DNA of 64,000 nt from a virus (IMGVR_UViG_3300033074_001348:1-64000), one strand, 5' to 3'. Positions 1 through 10,668 are shown, numbered from the stretch's first letter. Notes: generated by a model from the letters alone, not told the origin. A program made the numbers and translations.

Positions 1-59
1 CATAACGGCATCAAAGGCTATACCGGTCTTGCCGCATCATTAATTTTAGGAGCAACAAT

Positions 60-362
60 TTGGCTGATGATACTTATATGAACATAACAACAAAACAGTT
101 AATTCACATTGCGATTAGCAATGATGAGTTTGAGAGCAAATATCCGGGTATAGCACTTTTAATTAAGCCAAAATTGCGGGAGTTCTACAAAAACAACGGA
201 GTCCGAATCTCCTCAGTAATGGAGAAAGCCGAGGCTATTGATAGAAAGTATCACGACGTAGATGGCGAAGGTAAAATGACACTCAAGGAAGGCGCATCAA
301 AAGAGGATTGGGAGAAGGAAAGCGCTGAGCTTTTAAATGAGGAAGTCCGCTTATCAATTTAA
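60..362 (+). CDS. hypothetical protein
   Basis: 100-aa ORF (TTG start) at the head of a run of short, closely spaced or overlapping + strand ORFs. Confidence 0.5.
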   Translation: MADDTYMNITTKQLIHIAISNDEFESKYPGIALLIKPKLREFYKNNGVRISSVMEKAEAIDRKYHDVDGEGKMTLKEGASKEDWEKESAELLNEEVRLSI

Positions 363-363
363 T

Positions 364-561
364 ATGGGCAGAAAGTCGAAGTATAACTGGGACAAACTTT
401 TAGATGCAAAGGAGGGTGAGTGGATTAATTTTGGCAAAGGAGATAGAAACTCTATGCAAATCTGCGCACGAACTTGGCTGCAACGAAGGATGGTCTCGTG
501 GTCGGTTGTCAGCATGTATGACGACGAAAATAATGTATTAATAGCTATATTTGCGTGGTGA
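364..561 (+). CDS. small hypothetical protein (MGRKSKYNW...)
   Basis: ATG at 364 directly after the previous stop; the ORF-track start at 337 overlaps the upstream gene. Confidence 0.5.
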   Translation: MGRKSKYNWDKLLDAKEGEWINFGKGDRNSMQICARTWLQRRMVSWSVVSMYDDENNVLIAIFAW

Positions 562-841
562 AACGATGGATGTATCTATGGAAACTTACCGCGGTGACAG
601 TCATTGTGACCATTCTTGGAATGATAGTATTAAGAGGTTGCATCGGGGTTTAGAGCCCGAGATTAGTGCCAGTGTAGTGAGTAAGGCATTTGCAGCACTT
701 AAAGTCAAGTGGCAGACCGGAGACGAAACGGTAGATGTAAATAATATGGCAATGTACCTGAGTATTTCTCAGGAGTATTCCAAAAAGATAATTGACTATT
801 ACGAGTCACAACATTTTTGCACTAAATTCAAATTGAAATGA
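551..841 (+). CDS. hypothetical protein, possible winged-helix DNA-binding
   Basis: C-terminal pattern VNNMAMYLSISQEYSKKIIDYYESQHF looks wHTH-like; stop overlaps the next ATG. Confidence 0.45.
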   Translation: MRGETMDVSMETYRGDSHCDHSWNDSIKRLHRGLEPEISASVVSKAFAALKVKWQTGDETVDVNNMAMYLSISQEYSKKIIDYYESQHFCTKFKLK

Positions 842-1014
842 CAAAGAAAGAAAAAGAAGAAAAGGTAATGACCTTAAAAGAAAGTTACGCTACACTTTTT
901 GCTCGTGAGTATGAGCGGGTGAATGGTAAGCCATACAAAGGCGAGCCCACATTGGAGGCAGCTAATGGTCGCCCGGAGCTCGTGAAATACTATCAGAATT
1001 GGCTTAACGCATGA
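838..1014 (+). CDS. 58-aa hypothetical protein (not in ORF track)
   Basis: MTKKEKEEKV...WLNA*; ATGA overlaps with both neighbours (838-841, 1011-1014). Confidence 0.6.
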   Translation: MTKKEKEEKVMTLKESYATLFAREYERVNGKPYKGEPTLEAANGRPELVKYYQNWLNA

Positions 1015-1385
1015 GGTTAACTGAAGAGGAAGTAGCTCTTGCGAAGGCGGGAGACGAAATTGCTATCTCCAAACTTATCGAAACGTATGAGTTTATGGTG
1101 AAGAGTCCGGTATATGATGCGGTATTGACAATACTGGTTACGACAGATAGCTGGTGCAAGGAGATTAGAAGTGAACGCCCTGCAATCCTTGGCGAGCAAG
1201 ACTCCAATGACAAAGCCATCGAGCGGGTTAGGAAATTTATGCTTGATCTACCACAGCACGCACTGGACTGCCAAAAACTTCAGGCGACATTAACAGGAGA
1301 TGACATCAAGCAATTGCAGCACGATAGAAAAATTGCGGAGGCTGGAGACAGGGCATTCCCGACACTTAATGGCGATAGAAAATGA
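1011..1385 (+). CDS. possible terminase small subunit
   Basis: 124 aa, helical/coiled-coil, ATGA-coupled directly upstream of TerL; positional inference only. Confidence 0.35.
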   Translation: MRLTEEEVALAKAGDEIAISKLIETYEFMVKSPVYDAVLTILVTTDSWCKEIRSERPAILGEQDSNDKAIERVRKFMLDLPQHALDCQKLQATLTGDDIKQLQHDRKIAEAGDRAFPTLNGDRK

Positions 1386-3448
1386 TTATTGACTTTAATC
1401 AGAAGCCGACTTACAGCAAAGATGTTCAGCATCTGATAGACACCTTTAATCCGCCACCACCAAAATACATTGCAGAGCCCGTGCCGGACTTCAGGATGTT
1501 TGACCATCCCGTAAAAGAGGAGGATCGGTATTGGGAGGAGCAGACCAGAAGATGGTTTGAGGGATACACGACACCAAGCGGCGATTACATCCCACCAAAC
1601 CTCTATTTTCATATCCAAAACAGCACGCTTAAAAACATTAATGGCGACACATTTAAGCCCGACTGGAGAGATACTGACGAGCTGATGGCGGTTTGGTCAT
1701 TAGAGTCGATGCGGGATGGAACAAGTGAGTTGGTGTATAAAAGGCGGGAGGTGGGCGCAACAGCTTTTTATTGCAATCAGGGCTTTTGGGTGATGCGCAT
1801 TAAGCCCGGAAGCCATTGCGCTTATACGTCCGGCAAGGGTCAGAAGGGTATCAGCTCTATGTTTAACGACAAGATACTATTTAGCTACAACCGGTTTCAT
1901 AAGTCAGTGCTGAATACGGTTCCCTATCAGCTCAATAACAGCTCCACCAACACAAGCCTTAAGATCGCCATGAAGGCACTTGTGGATGGATCAATAGATG
2001 AGCGTGTAAGTACTTTGATAGCTAAGGAGACCGACGAAAAACCAGACAGTGTTACTAATATTTCCGGAGATAGAGCGGCTTATGTGTATGTAGATGAGGG
2101 CCCGCTACATAAGAGGTTGGATAAATTTTTAGGATCAATTTTTCCGGTAATTAATCAGGGTCCCGTCAGAACCGGGTTGATGGTAATTGCAGGTACAGTA
2201 GAACCAAGTTTGACCGATGTTCAAATTGCAGGATTTCAAGAGCTCATCAACAGGAGTAAAAATCTCAAATTGCGCACCCGATTTTTGCCCGTTTGGATGG
2301 GCATGTTTACTAAAAATGGGTGGAGTAATAAAGAGGCTGGACTACTTTGGTATGAAGAGCAGGTGAGAATGTTTCAGGACTCCGGCGACTTTGTTGGTCT
2401 GAGAGACTTTAAAATGCAGTATCCGAAAGACGAACAGGATATTTTTGACATGGCTGCCGGTACAATGTTTGAGCCAGATAATATTGAGATACTAAAAAAG
2501 AGAAGAGCCGACATTGTAGATAAAAACGAGGAGGGCCAATACAAGTTAGTCCCAACAGCAAACTTTTTTGAGATGATACCTGACACTAAGCGCAGAGACC
2601 CTGAGAAGGATGGCGGCTTTTGGATGGTAGAGCCCCCGAAAGAGGGGCTAAGCTACTTTCAGGCAATTGACAGCATTAGCTCTGATAAAAAAGATGGAGG
2701 GGAGAAAGGGTCGTGGATCGCTTCAGTTATTTTTAAAGGTTTTGACCCGTTAATGCCAGAGCGCAGCTACGAGCCAGTCTGCGTGTATTTCGAGCGCCCC
2801 CAAACCATTGAGGGCGGGTACCGCAATATTGTCAACCAAATGCGGTACTATAATAAATTTGATGGGATTAAAGAGATCAATTACGAGACAAACGCCTCAG
2901 CGGGCAGTCATTTTGGAACCTACCTTGATAAGGAGGGGCTTTATACTAAATATGCCAATAGGAGAAGGGATGTGTCTGGTAAGGGGTATATCAACACTAA
3001 AAAGAGAGGCACGCCGGTAAACGCCCATACCAGAGAGTGGCAGATTAAGCACGCTAATATATTTTTGAGAAAGTATGCGATGCAATTCAGGAGCCTCATT
3101 GTAATTAACCAATTACTTTTAGATGAGCGCAAAAATGCGGACGTGCGAGACGCCTTCTTGGTGTTTATGACATCCATACCTGACTTTGATAAACCGGTAA
3201 AAAGGGAAGACAAGAAAAGATTTAGAACAAATTTAGTGCTTGTACCAGATGGCAACGGTAAAATGGTGTATAAGTCCGAGCCGATTGAGATTGTGCCTGC
3301 GCAATTAATTGAAGATCAGGACGCATTTTTAGCCTTTGATATGGAGTTAAAGCGTAAGTACGGCTTCGACAAACCGTATCAAAAAGCGAATGGGGAGGAG
3401 CGAGAGAAGTACAATCGGTTAAAAGCGCTTTGTGGTCATGCAGATTAA
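1382..3448 (+). CDS. terL: terminase large subunit (crAss-like type)
   Basis: YKRREVGAT Walker-A-like, YVYVDEGP Walker B, AIDSI nuclease aspartate; lies upstream of portal. Confidence 0.85.
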   Translation: MIIDFNQKPTYSKDVQHLIDTFNPPPPKYIAEPVPDFRMFDHPVKEEDRYWEEQTRRWFEGYTTPSGDYIPPNLYFHIQNSTLKNINGDTFKPDWRDTDELMAVWSLESMRDGTSELVYKRREVGATAFYCNQGFWVMRIKPGSHCAYTSGKGQKGISSMFNDKILFSYNRFHKSVLNTVPYQLNNSSTNTSLKIAMKALVDGSIDERVSTLIAKETDEKPDSVTNISGDRAAYVYVDEGPLHKRLDKFLGSIFPVINQGPVRTGLMVIAGTVEPSLTDVQIAGFQELINRSKNLKLRTRFLPVWMGMFTKNGWSNKEAGLLWYEEQVRMFQDSGDFVGLRDFKMQYPKDEQDIFDMAAGTMFEPDNIEILKKRRADIVDKNEEGQYKLVPTANFFEMIPDTKRRDPEKDGGFWMVEPPKEGLSYFQAIDSISSDKKDGGEKGSWIASVIFKGFDPLMPERSYEPVCVYFERPQTIEGGYRNIVNQMRYYNKFDGIKEINYETNASAGSHFGTYLDKEGLYTKYANRRRDVSGKGYINTKKRGTPVNAHTREWQIKHANIFLRKYAMQFRSLIVINQLLLDERKNADVRDAFLVFMTSIPDFDKPVKREDKKRFRTNLVLVPDGNGKMVYKSEPIEIVPAQLIEDQDAFLAFDMELKRKYGFDKPYQKANGEEREKYNRLKALCGHAD

Positions 3449-3653
3449 ATCGGTACGTAAGGGGCATGGAGATAAATCTATCCTGTTCAAAGTAGGGTTA
3501 TTTGGCATTTGCAGAATCGTGGAGGAGCTAAAGGAATACGTATTTTTTCATGAAAAAACAGCAAAAATTGTGGTGTATCGGTGTTACGACCCAGCAAATA
3601 AATTATTGTATGAGGTAGAGGCAGGGGATGGGCTAATCGTGACGTATGTGTAG
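3438..3653 (+). CDS. 71-aa hypothetical protein, homologous to cassette gene 44545-44793
   Basis: IKSVRKGHG...VYRCYDPANKLLYEVEAGDGLIVTY aligns by eye with IKSIEKGTG...VYNGYDVAGQLLFTIEAMSNLTISY. Confidence 0.6.
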   Translation: MQIKSVRKGHGDKSILFKVGLFGICRIVEELKEYVFFHEKTAKIVVYRCYDPANKLLYEVEAGDGLIVTYV

Positions 3654-3691
3654 TTTCCCATTTTGACACAAAATAATTATTTTTTCCAAAG

Positions 3692-3723
3692 TTTGGAATT
3701 TTCCAAAATTGGGATTATGTTTG
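3692..3723 (+). promoter_or_regulatory. Bacteroidota sigma-type promoter (TTTG-N20-TATGTTTG) for portal
   Basis: TTTG 3692-3695, TAnnTTTG 3716-3723, ATG 4 nt later. Confidence 0.7.
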
Positions 3724-3727
3724 CGGT

Positions 3728-6055
3728 ATGGCAGCTGCAACATTTGAAGTTCCGTCCGGTACGCTAAGATGGGAGCCACCAAATGAACTTGTACGTGAGA
3801 GCGAGAAAACCCCCAATTGGTTTGGTAACTATGGGCGTTGGATTATTAGCACTTTTTACAATCAACCGACAAGCTCCGCATTAGGAACAACCGCCAATCT
3901 TAATAATTTCGGGTTTGTAGATAACGTAGTGGATAACTGGCGTTACATGTTTTGCAAGCAAGAAAACAGGGATTTCAATTACGTTACTACCAATTTCAAT
4001 AATTTAGCCCTTCCTGCGGTTTGGATCAATGGAGGGAAGATTCCTCAATTGATCGATCATTTAGGTGGAATTATACTGGAAAGTATTGATAATATTGAGG
4101 TTACAGCAACTAACCTGTCTGACGATGCGCTTAAAACCAAGCGCATTTTAATTGAAAAATTGCAGGCAGAATTAGAACTAAGGAGCTTGATTTCCCAGAC
4201 GCTTCCACCCGGGGTTAAGTTTCAGCCTGTCAATGACCCTAATCTTGACATACAGGATGAAGATGATATTCAGGAGTATAAAGAATCATGGCAAGATAAA
4301 TATGCTATAATTGCCGAACAAATTGGTGCAAATCAATTACTTCAGGACAATTTAAAAGTAAAGTTCCGTCAAGCCGCCATCGAGCAGTTTGTTGGAGGAA
4401 TCAGCAGCATCATGCCAGAGGTGATTGGAGGCAATGTGGTCAATACTGTAATTCCTGCTTATGAGCGGGTATGGGATAACCGAACCAACGATCCGTATGG
4501 TGATGATGCTATGTTTTGTGGATACATAAAACACAGTGTACCTTATCTTGAGGTTGTTCAAAAATTTCAAGACCAATTAAGTGATGACGACATTCGGGAG
4601 ATCAGGGCACTTGCCTCTTCCGAACAAGGAAAGTGGCAGCCGTGGTTTGACTATTACAATACCGGGTTTGGCTGTAACAACCGATTTTCATGGTGGACTC
4701 GTGACAGCATGGGCAATATGGCAATTTCTTATGCCACCCTGTATTTTATAGCCCCAAGAACATTTCCATTTCAACGCAAGCGCAACCGCTTCGGTAATAT
4801 GCGTGTACGGAAACTGGACGTAGCTAACCCCACAACGGCAAACGAACCTAACGGAGACTGGTCAGGATACGACTTGCATCAGGTAACTATAATTGGCAAT
4901 AAGTATATTGTTAATGAGGGCTATGCCCCAAACACACTTCGCAAGTTTAATAATAAAGGCAAGATTCGGCTGCCCATTCTGACGTTTTTAGGCAATTACT
5001 CGATGGGGTTTGCTAAGGCAATGGTATCTGATCTTCGCCCCAATCAAAACGAGATTGACAGACTAAGTTATTTGATACAGCGAATGACCAGTCAGTCGCA
5101 TGGCAAAAAGTACTGGGTGAATGGCAATAAGTTAGCTACTACCAATAGCGTTGACTTTATTAATGACCTCACCACCATCGGCATCCATGTTGGAACCGGC
5201 ACTACTGGAGAACCAGACGATCCTACCATCAATCAGCGAGCGGTTGAGTTGATAGATATGACCTTAGACCCCAATATCCAGTTGTTGCTCCAATTAAAAG
5301 CGGAGCAGAAGCAGGAGATGGAAGAAAGGGTGTCTGTATCTCGTATCGCACTCGGACAGCAAACCAATACGGTAGGTAAAGGTGTTCAGCAAAACACCAT
5401 TAACCAAAACAGTTATGGTACAGCTCAGATTATGTATGGTTTGATGAAATTTTTCAATGACGTACTGCAATATAATGTCGATTTAAAACAGTTGGTTTAC
5501 AGCCAGAGTGACTCAGTTGAAGAGGGGCTGCTAATAGGTGACACAGGATCAGATTTACTTAAAATACTTGACCCTAAAGAATTTGGCACACAGCCTTTAT
5601 TGGTGTATATGCAGTCAAATTCAATTTTGGATCAACAGCAGCGGGAGTACATTAAAACCATTGCGCTTAGTCAGGCTCAAAATGGAGGGTTAGACTTGGT
5701 TGATTTTATAGAGAACATCTTTTTAGCCAGAACAGCCAAACAGACCGTTCGGGGTCTTAAGCGGGCAAAGAATAAGCAGGTTCGTCAAGTACAGGAGCAA
5801 CAACAAGCTCAAATGGCTGCCGAGCAAAATTTTGAAGCACAACAAACTGAACAACAGATATATGGGGATGGTGTTTTGATACAACTAAAAGAGATAAATG
5901 CCAATTTTCGTGAGGCTATGAAACTGGCGGCAACAAACCCACAAATTGCACAATCTATTGTGCAGATGCAACCAACAATGGAGCAGGTTTTATCCACTAT
6001 GCAGCCGCCTCAGCCGGAGCAGGCTCCAAATGAACCACCACCGACTAACCAATAA
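3728..6055 (+). CDS. portal protein
   Basis: 775 aa, follows TerL, helical core with Q-rich coiled-coil C-terminus as in podoviral/crAss-like portals. Confidence 0.8.
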   Translation: MAAATFEVPSGTLRWEPPNELVRESEKTPNWFGNYGRWIISTFYNQPTSSALGTTANLNNFGFVDNVVDNWRYMFCKQENRDFNYVTTNFNNLALPAVWINGGKIPQLIDHLGGIILESIDNIEVTATNLSDDALKTKRILIEKLQAELELRSLISQTLPPGVKFQPVNDPNLDIQDEDDIQEYKESWQDKYAIIAEQIGANQLLQDNLKVKFRQAAIEQFVGGISSIMPEVIGGNVVNTVIPAYERVWDNRTNDPYGDDAMFCGYIKHSVPYLEVVQKFQDQLSDDDIREIRALASSEQGKWQPWFDYYNTGFGCNNRFSWWTRDSMGNMAISYATLYFIAPRTFPFQRKRNRFGNMRVRKLDVANPTTANEPNGDWSGYDLHQVTIIGNKYIVNEGYAPNTLRKFNNKGKIRLPILTFLGNYSMGFAKAMVSDLRPNQNEIDRLSYLIQRMTSQSHGKKYWVNGNKLATTNSVDFINDLTTIGIHVGTGTTGEPDDPTINQRAVELIDMTLDPNIQLLLQLKAEQKQEMEERVSVSRIALGQQTNTVGKGVQQNTINQNSYGTAQIMYGLMKFFNDVLQYNVDLKQLVYSQSDSVEEGLLIGDTGSDLLKILDPKEFGTQPLLVYMQSNSILDQQQREYIKTIALSQAQNGGLDLVDFIENIFLARTAKQTVRGLKRAKNKQVRQVQEQQQAQMAAEQNFEAQQTEQQIYGDGVLIQLKEINANFREAMKLAATNPQIAQSIVQMQPTMEQVLSTMQPPQPEQAPNEPPPTNQ

Positions 6056-6069
6056 ATGTAAAAAATACA

Positions 6070-7101
6070 ATGGAAATTGAACAACAAGTCGCTACGCAAG
6101 CAGAGGTAAAAGATTTTTCATCGCACCTATCGGATGCAGGGTTAAATTCTGCACCCGCCGTTCCACCGATTACCCCAACGGCCATTGAAGCTCCAATAGC
6201 TCCGGCAGTAGAGCTGCCCGCAACCCCGGCAGTAGAACCGACTGCCCCTGCAACTCCGGCAGCCGAAACTATTGCCACTGAGCCAGCGGTTCCTGCTACC
6301 GAGCAGCCAAATAATGAGCTCGACTTATCGTTGTCTGCCAGTGCAGTTGAATCAACACCTACTACAACAGCAGCAGCGGTTGACTATGGTAAAAAGTATG
6401 AGGAATTAACAAAAAATCCGCAAGCAAAGTTCGTACTGGACTGGATCGAAAGCGGAAAAGATATAGCGGAATTGCCAAATGCGTTTAAAACTATTGACTA
6501 CTCCAAACATGACGTTGACACCCTGACGCAAAATTTAGGGCAACTATACGGTTGGACGCAAGAGCAGATAGACGCACAGAGGGAGCACAACAGTTCTCTT
6601 AGCCCGCTACAAGCGCAGATGCTGAAAGATCAGATGGTGGAAGCCCTGAACAGAGACCAAAACGGTAGGCTTGAACAATCTACGAAGGAGCTCCAAAAGG
6701 AAAGAGACCGTCAGACTCAGATAATGCAACAGGCACAGACCGACGTCGAACAAGAGGCAACAGGGATGATCGGTAAAAGAGTGCACGGGATTGAGTTAAC
6801 TAAAAAGGATGCGGAGGACTTTAAGAAATTCGTGTATGAATTTAACATCCATGACGCAAACGGTAATGTCGATGTAAAAAAACTGCGTAACTGGTTCCTG
6901 GGAGAGCATAAGCTCCCACTGATCCAATCGGAAACCAAGAAAACGGCAGTTGCGGAGGCAACCAGTAAAGTCCTTGATGAAGTAACTCGCCCGTCGGTAA
7001 ATGGAACTGCGGCAACTAAGGTGCCATTACCACAACCAAAACCTGCGCCTCACGAACAAGCCTCGAAGGCTTTAGAAGCCTTCATGAAAGGGCAAAACTA
7101 A
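6070..7101 (+). CDS. capsid scaffolding-like protein
   Basis: Pro/Ala/Thr-rich acidic N-terminus, coiled coil, between portal and capsid. Confidence 0.6.
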   Translation: MEIEQQVATQAEVKDFSSHLSDAGLNSAPAVPPITPTAIEAPIAPAVELPATPAVEPTAPATPAAETIATEPAVPATEQPNNELDLSLSASAVESTPTTTAAAVDYGKKYEELTKNPQAKFVLDWIESGKDIAELPNAFKTIDYSKHDVDTLTQNLGQLYGWTQEQIDAQREHNSSLSPLQAQMLKDQMVEALNRDQNGRLEQSTKELQKERDRQTQIMQQAQTDVEQEATGMIGKRVHGIELTKKDAEDFKKFVYEFNIHDANGNVDVKKLRNWFLGEHKLPLIQSETKKTAVAEATSKVLDEVTRPSVNGTAATKVPLPQPKPAPHEQASKALEAFMKGQN

Positions 7102-7112
7102 CTAACTAAAAA

Positions 7113-8474
7113 ATGTCATTACAGAATCAAAATCCCCAATACAGTCCGCTTATTTCGACGATAGTCAATAACCGGAACTGGGCATCAGGTATGGCGGCTC
7201 TTGGTCGTGGATACTATAAGCCACTTGCGCTGATTGATGCTCTCAACCCAAGTGGTGTTTACTTTACTATCGAATCACCCGACGGATCGGCGCGGTTTGC
7301 TTATCAGGCACGTCAAGAGCCAGTAGCAACCGTTGCTTCAGTAGCACAATCAGGAGCAAACCTTATCCTGACATTTACCGATCCTAACTATTCCGGATTT
7401 CGCCCTAAGTTTATCATGCGTGACAACGTGGGCAACACAGGATATATCGCATCGGTAGCCCCCGGCACAGTAACATTGATGCCAGCTACCTACCCAACTG
7501 CGCTTGTGGCCGCTTCTCACTTCCTTGTAGGGTCAAGCGTTTCCGCTTTGCCGAACGCTGCCGGAAATCAAAACTCATCAGGCGTTGACAACGTGTACCT
7601 CACCAACAGCTACCGCACCAACTGGTCAGCCATTCGCCGTGAGTCGCACACCGTGTCAAGTCGTGACAAGTTTGTATCTTACAAATTTGACGAAACCTAC
7701 TACTCTTGGTTGACTGGAGAGATGGAGATGCTGAATCGTTTTGCTAAAGGTAAAATGTACGACATTATCTATTCTGAGCCCGGACAATTCCAAGGGCTTG
7801 AAGGAACAACCAATCGTTTTGAGGGAACAAAGGCTGCTATCAGAAATCAGGGAGGTCGTTGGATTCCAATGACTACTGCGTTCACGCAAACAGAGTTCGA
7901 GTCTGATCTTGATTGGATCGCATCCAATGACCCTGCGCAATTCCAAAACTACTTGTTCTATGGCGGTCGTGCCGCTTGGTCGAGAGTATGTTCGTTCTAC
8001 CAAACCAACATCACCTTCACTCAATCAGAGCGTGTGATTAATGGTAACAAGGTGAACTTCGATATCATGGAAACCACAATCAAAGGCGTTACCATCAAAT
8101 ACATTGTTGGCGGCATCTTTGACGACAGAATCCTGTTCCCAACCATTTCTACCGTTACGGGCGGCTATCAGGAGAGTATGACATACTTCCTGTTGAACCT
8201 TAACCCGCTGCCGGATGTAAATGGAGGCCCCGCAATTCCAGTAATCCGTAAGTTCGGATTCAACCATAGCCAAGTAACCGGAGGCGCTGAAACGCTCTAC
8301 CGTTACATTCCCGGCATGGTCGGCCCGGGTATTGGCTCATCTACCGGAGGAGGAATGATGAATGGCTACCAAATGACCGCATCACCAGTAATGGGTGCGT
8401 CCTTCCAGATTGCTGAAGATCACGGTTTTGACATTCAGGGTGACGCTTGCGTGTGCCGTTTCTTAACTGCTTAA
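7113..8474 (+). CDS. major capsid protein
   Basis: 453 aa after scaffold, C-ending codon bias typical of highly expressed genes; HK97 fold inferred from position. Confidence 0.75.
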   Translation: MSLQNQNPQYSPLISTIVNNRNWASGMAALGRGYYKPLALIDALNPSGVYFTIESPDGSARFAYQARQEPVATVASVAQSGANLILTFTDPNYSGFRPKFIMRDNVGNTGYIASVAPGTVTLMPATYPTALVAASHFLVGSSVSALPNAAGNQNSSGVDNVYLTNSYRTNWSAIRRESHTVSSRDKFVSYKFDETYYSWLTGEMEMLNRFAKGKMYDIIYSEPGQFQGLEGTTNRFEGTKAAIRNQGGRWIPMTTAFTQTEFESDLDWIASNDPAQFQNYLFYGGRAAWSRVCSFYQTNITFTQSERVINGNKVNFDIMETTIKGVTIKYIVGGIFDDRILFPTISTVTGGYQESMTYFLLNLNPLPDVNGGPAIPVIRKFGFNHSQVTGGAETLYRYIPGMVGPGIGSSTGGGMMNGYQMTASPVMGASFQIAEDHGFDIQGDACVCRFLTA

Positions 8475-8509
8475 TTCAATTAACAACAATTTAAAAAAAC
8501 AGAAAAACA

Positions 8510-9253
8510 ATGCCATCATTATATCCCAATCAATGGTACACTTCGCTTGAGACTGTTCAAGCACTTGCTGCCGACCTTTCTGTTGCGAACGGGCTGATTA
8601 AGTCAGGCAACCCACTGACTGATGTCTGCTACTTCGATTCCATCACAAAGGCTTCGATCACTGCGCCCGTAACAGAGGTGCTTCAGGTAACTACCGTTAC
8701 CCCAACCGCTGTAGCCAGCACGACTTACGGTATCACTATTAGCCAGTATGACTATGCTACCGGCAGTGCTATTGTAAGACAGTACTACTACACTACTGCC
8801 GCTTCAGGAGATACCGCAACGACTATCTGCAACTCTTTCAGAACGCAGATCAACAACGATGCGGTCATTAAGGTTGCTGCAACCGGTGCTGCTACGCTGA
8901 TCCTTACTGCCGAAACAGGGTACCCGCAATTTACTGTCATCTTCACGAATGGTAACGCATCTTTGGCGCAAGCCACAGGTACAGCCGGGGTGGTTGCTGT
9001 AGGTACTACTGCTGCCTTGGCTCGTCAGGGAATTACTCTCCCAAGCGCTTCTTACACACAAATTCACATTGAGTACAACCAAAAAGTAGCCACCAATCTG
9101 AAAGATCAGATTACGCTTGCCTCTGTTTGGGACTTGTATATCTCTCAGGGGGCGACCAACCGTGCCGCTCTTGTGACTGCGTGGACGGAAGAGCTGGGCA
9201 ACCTTGTTCTTGGTGGGGCTGCTGCTTCTATCGAGAACTTTGCCAAAGTGTAA
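8510..9253 (+). CDS. auxiliary capsid / decoration protein
   Basis: 247 aa, T/A/G-rich beta protein directly after MCP and before a terminator. Confidence 0.55.
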   Translation: MPSLYPNQWYTSLETVQALAADLSVANGLIKSGNPLTDVCYFDSITKASITAPVTEVLQVTTVTPTAVASTTYGITISQYDYATGSAIVRQYYYTTAASGDTATTICNSFRTQINNDAVIKVAATGAATLILTAETGYPQFTVIFTNGNASLAQATGTAGVVAVGTTAALARQGITLPSASYTQIHIEYNQKVATNLKDQITLASVWDLYISQGATNRAALVTAWTEELGNLVLGGAAASIENFAKV

Positions 9254-9268
9254 GGTCATATACTTATC

Positions 9269-9303
9269 AAAAAAGCCCTCAATCATTTGGTTGGGGGCTT
9301 TTT
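9269..9303 (+). terminator. intrinsic terminator after capsid operon
   Basis: AAAAAAGCCCTCAATCA...TGGTTGGGGGCTTTTT hairpin with U-tract. Confidence 0.75.
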
Positions 9304-9309
9304 GTTTGC

Positions 9310-9317
9310 TATCTTTG
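9310..9317 (+). promoter_or_regulatory. TAnnTTTG (-7) promoter element
   Basis: TATCTTTG just after the terminator, upstream of ORF 9352. Confidence 0.5.
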
Positions 9318-9351
9318 CTTTCGTATAAGTTCATCTAAACCGTAAAACAAA

Positions 9352-10656
9352 ATGAAAGAAAAAGTAAGAATCTCAAGTCTTATCACCAATACAATATTGT
9401 ATGGTAAGACGCTAATTGATGGTCAGTGGCAAGTCCTAACCGAAGACTTCCAGCAATTAAGCCTCCATGATTTTGAGACCAACAAGGATCATATCGGCAA
9501 GAAAATGTGGACATTCAACTTCAGTGAGGCTGCTAAGTCATTTGACTACGAGTACGACACTAAAGACAAGCCGCTTCTTCCAAAGCCAGAGAAAGGATCA
9601 ACGCCCGAGAAGGAATATCATGATCGAGTGGCTGAGGTAAACGCCTACAATTTAAGGACAGAGGAGTACAATCTGCTTAATCGAAGAAAACGCCTGGCGA
9701 CAACCAACTTTTTTGCCCGCCACGGGTCAATTCAACATAAAACGAATTTTGACAATGGGCACCACACCACATCTCACCCTATTGCAGAAATTGAGATCAT
9801 CACACAGGTAGCTCGAATGAATTATTTGAGTGACCTTAAGGTGGCAAAAGCATTTGTGAAGTTTTCGTCCATGCCGTGGAGGGAGCAGTACGATGCTTCC
9901 ATTTATTACGCCCCTGACACTTTTGGTAAAAGACGGTCAGAGGTTTTGTACCGGGTTATTGGACTAAAAGGACGGGGCACCAAAGAGGCGTTTATGGGAG
10001 GGGTGTTATGGCAGGGCAACAACCTTCATGATTTTCTTAATAATTACGAGAACAACCCAACGGTGGTGATGAAAGTTTACATTTCTAAAGCCATCGAAGG
10101 GAAGTTGCTACAGCGAACAAAAGACGGCATTTACATGAATCAATCGACTTATGTGGGTCGCACCATTGATGAGGCTGTAGTTTACTTCAGCTCCGATCTT
10201 CAGAACTACACTAATTTCATCCAACCGCAAGTTGATAAGTTGTTTGGGTTACCGGAGGATGATTTAACTGAAGACGTGATCGTTCCTGAAGTATCTGACT
10301 TTCGCAAGAAAGAAATTCAGGCGGCAAAATCCGAGGATTGGAAAGAGGAGCGAAGGCGACAAATTAATCAAGCCGAGCAGCTGGGTATCAAAGACCCGAA
10401 TAATTATAAGCAAGCCGATTTACAAAAACTCATTGATGCCGCCCTTGCAAAACAAAGCGCTATTGAGCGACATGAAGCCACCCCAACAGCCCAATTATCG
10501 CAAATGATTGACGACTTGGAGACATTGAATTTGGATAAACTCAAAACCCTTGCAGCATCAGAGGGATTACCCGGGTGGCAGCTCTATAAAGACGTCGATA
10601 AGCTCCGTGAGAAATTAAGAGCACACAGAGAGTCTTTGGATGTTATTAGTGGTTGA
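9352..10656 (+). CDS. conserved structural-module protein of unknown function
   Basis: 434 aa; YVGRTIDEAVVYF motif resembles proteins following MCP in crAss-like phages; small helical C-terminal domains. Confidence 0.5.
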   Translation: MKEKVRISSLITNTILYGKTLIDGQWQVLTEDFQQLSLHDFETNKDHIGKKMWTFNFSEAAKSFDYEYDTKDKPLLPKPEKGSTPEKEYHDRVAEVNAYNLRTEEYNLLNRRKRLATTNFFARHGSIQHKTNFDNGHHTTSHPIAEIEIITQVARMNYLSDLKVAKAFVKFSSMPWREQYDASIYYAPDTFGKRRSEVLYRVIGLKGRGTKEAFMGGVLWQGNNLHDFLNNYENNPTVVMKVYISKAIEGKLLQRTKDGIYMNQSTYVGRTIDEAVVYFSSDLQNYTNFIQPQVDKLFGLPEDDLTEDVIVPEVSDFRKKEIQAAKSEDWKEERRRQINQAEQLGIKDPNNYKQADLQKLIDAALAKQSAIERHEATPTAQLSQMIDDLETLNLDKLKTLAASEGLPGWQLYKDVDKLREKLRAHRESLDVISG

Positions 10657-10668
10657 GCCTAAATTTAA

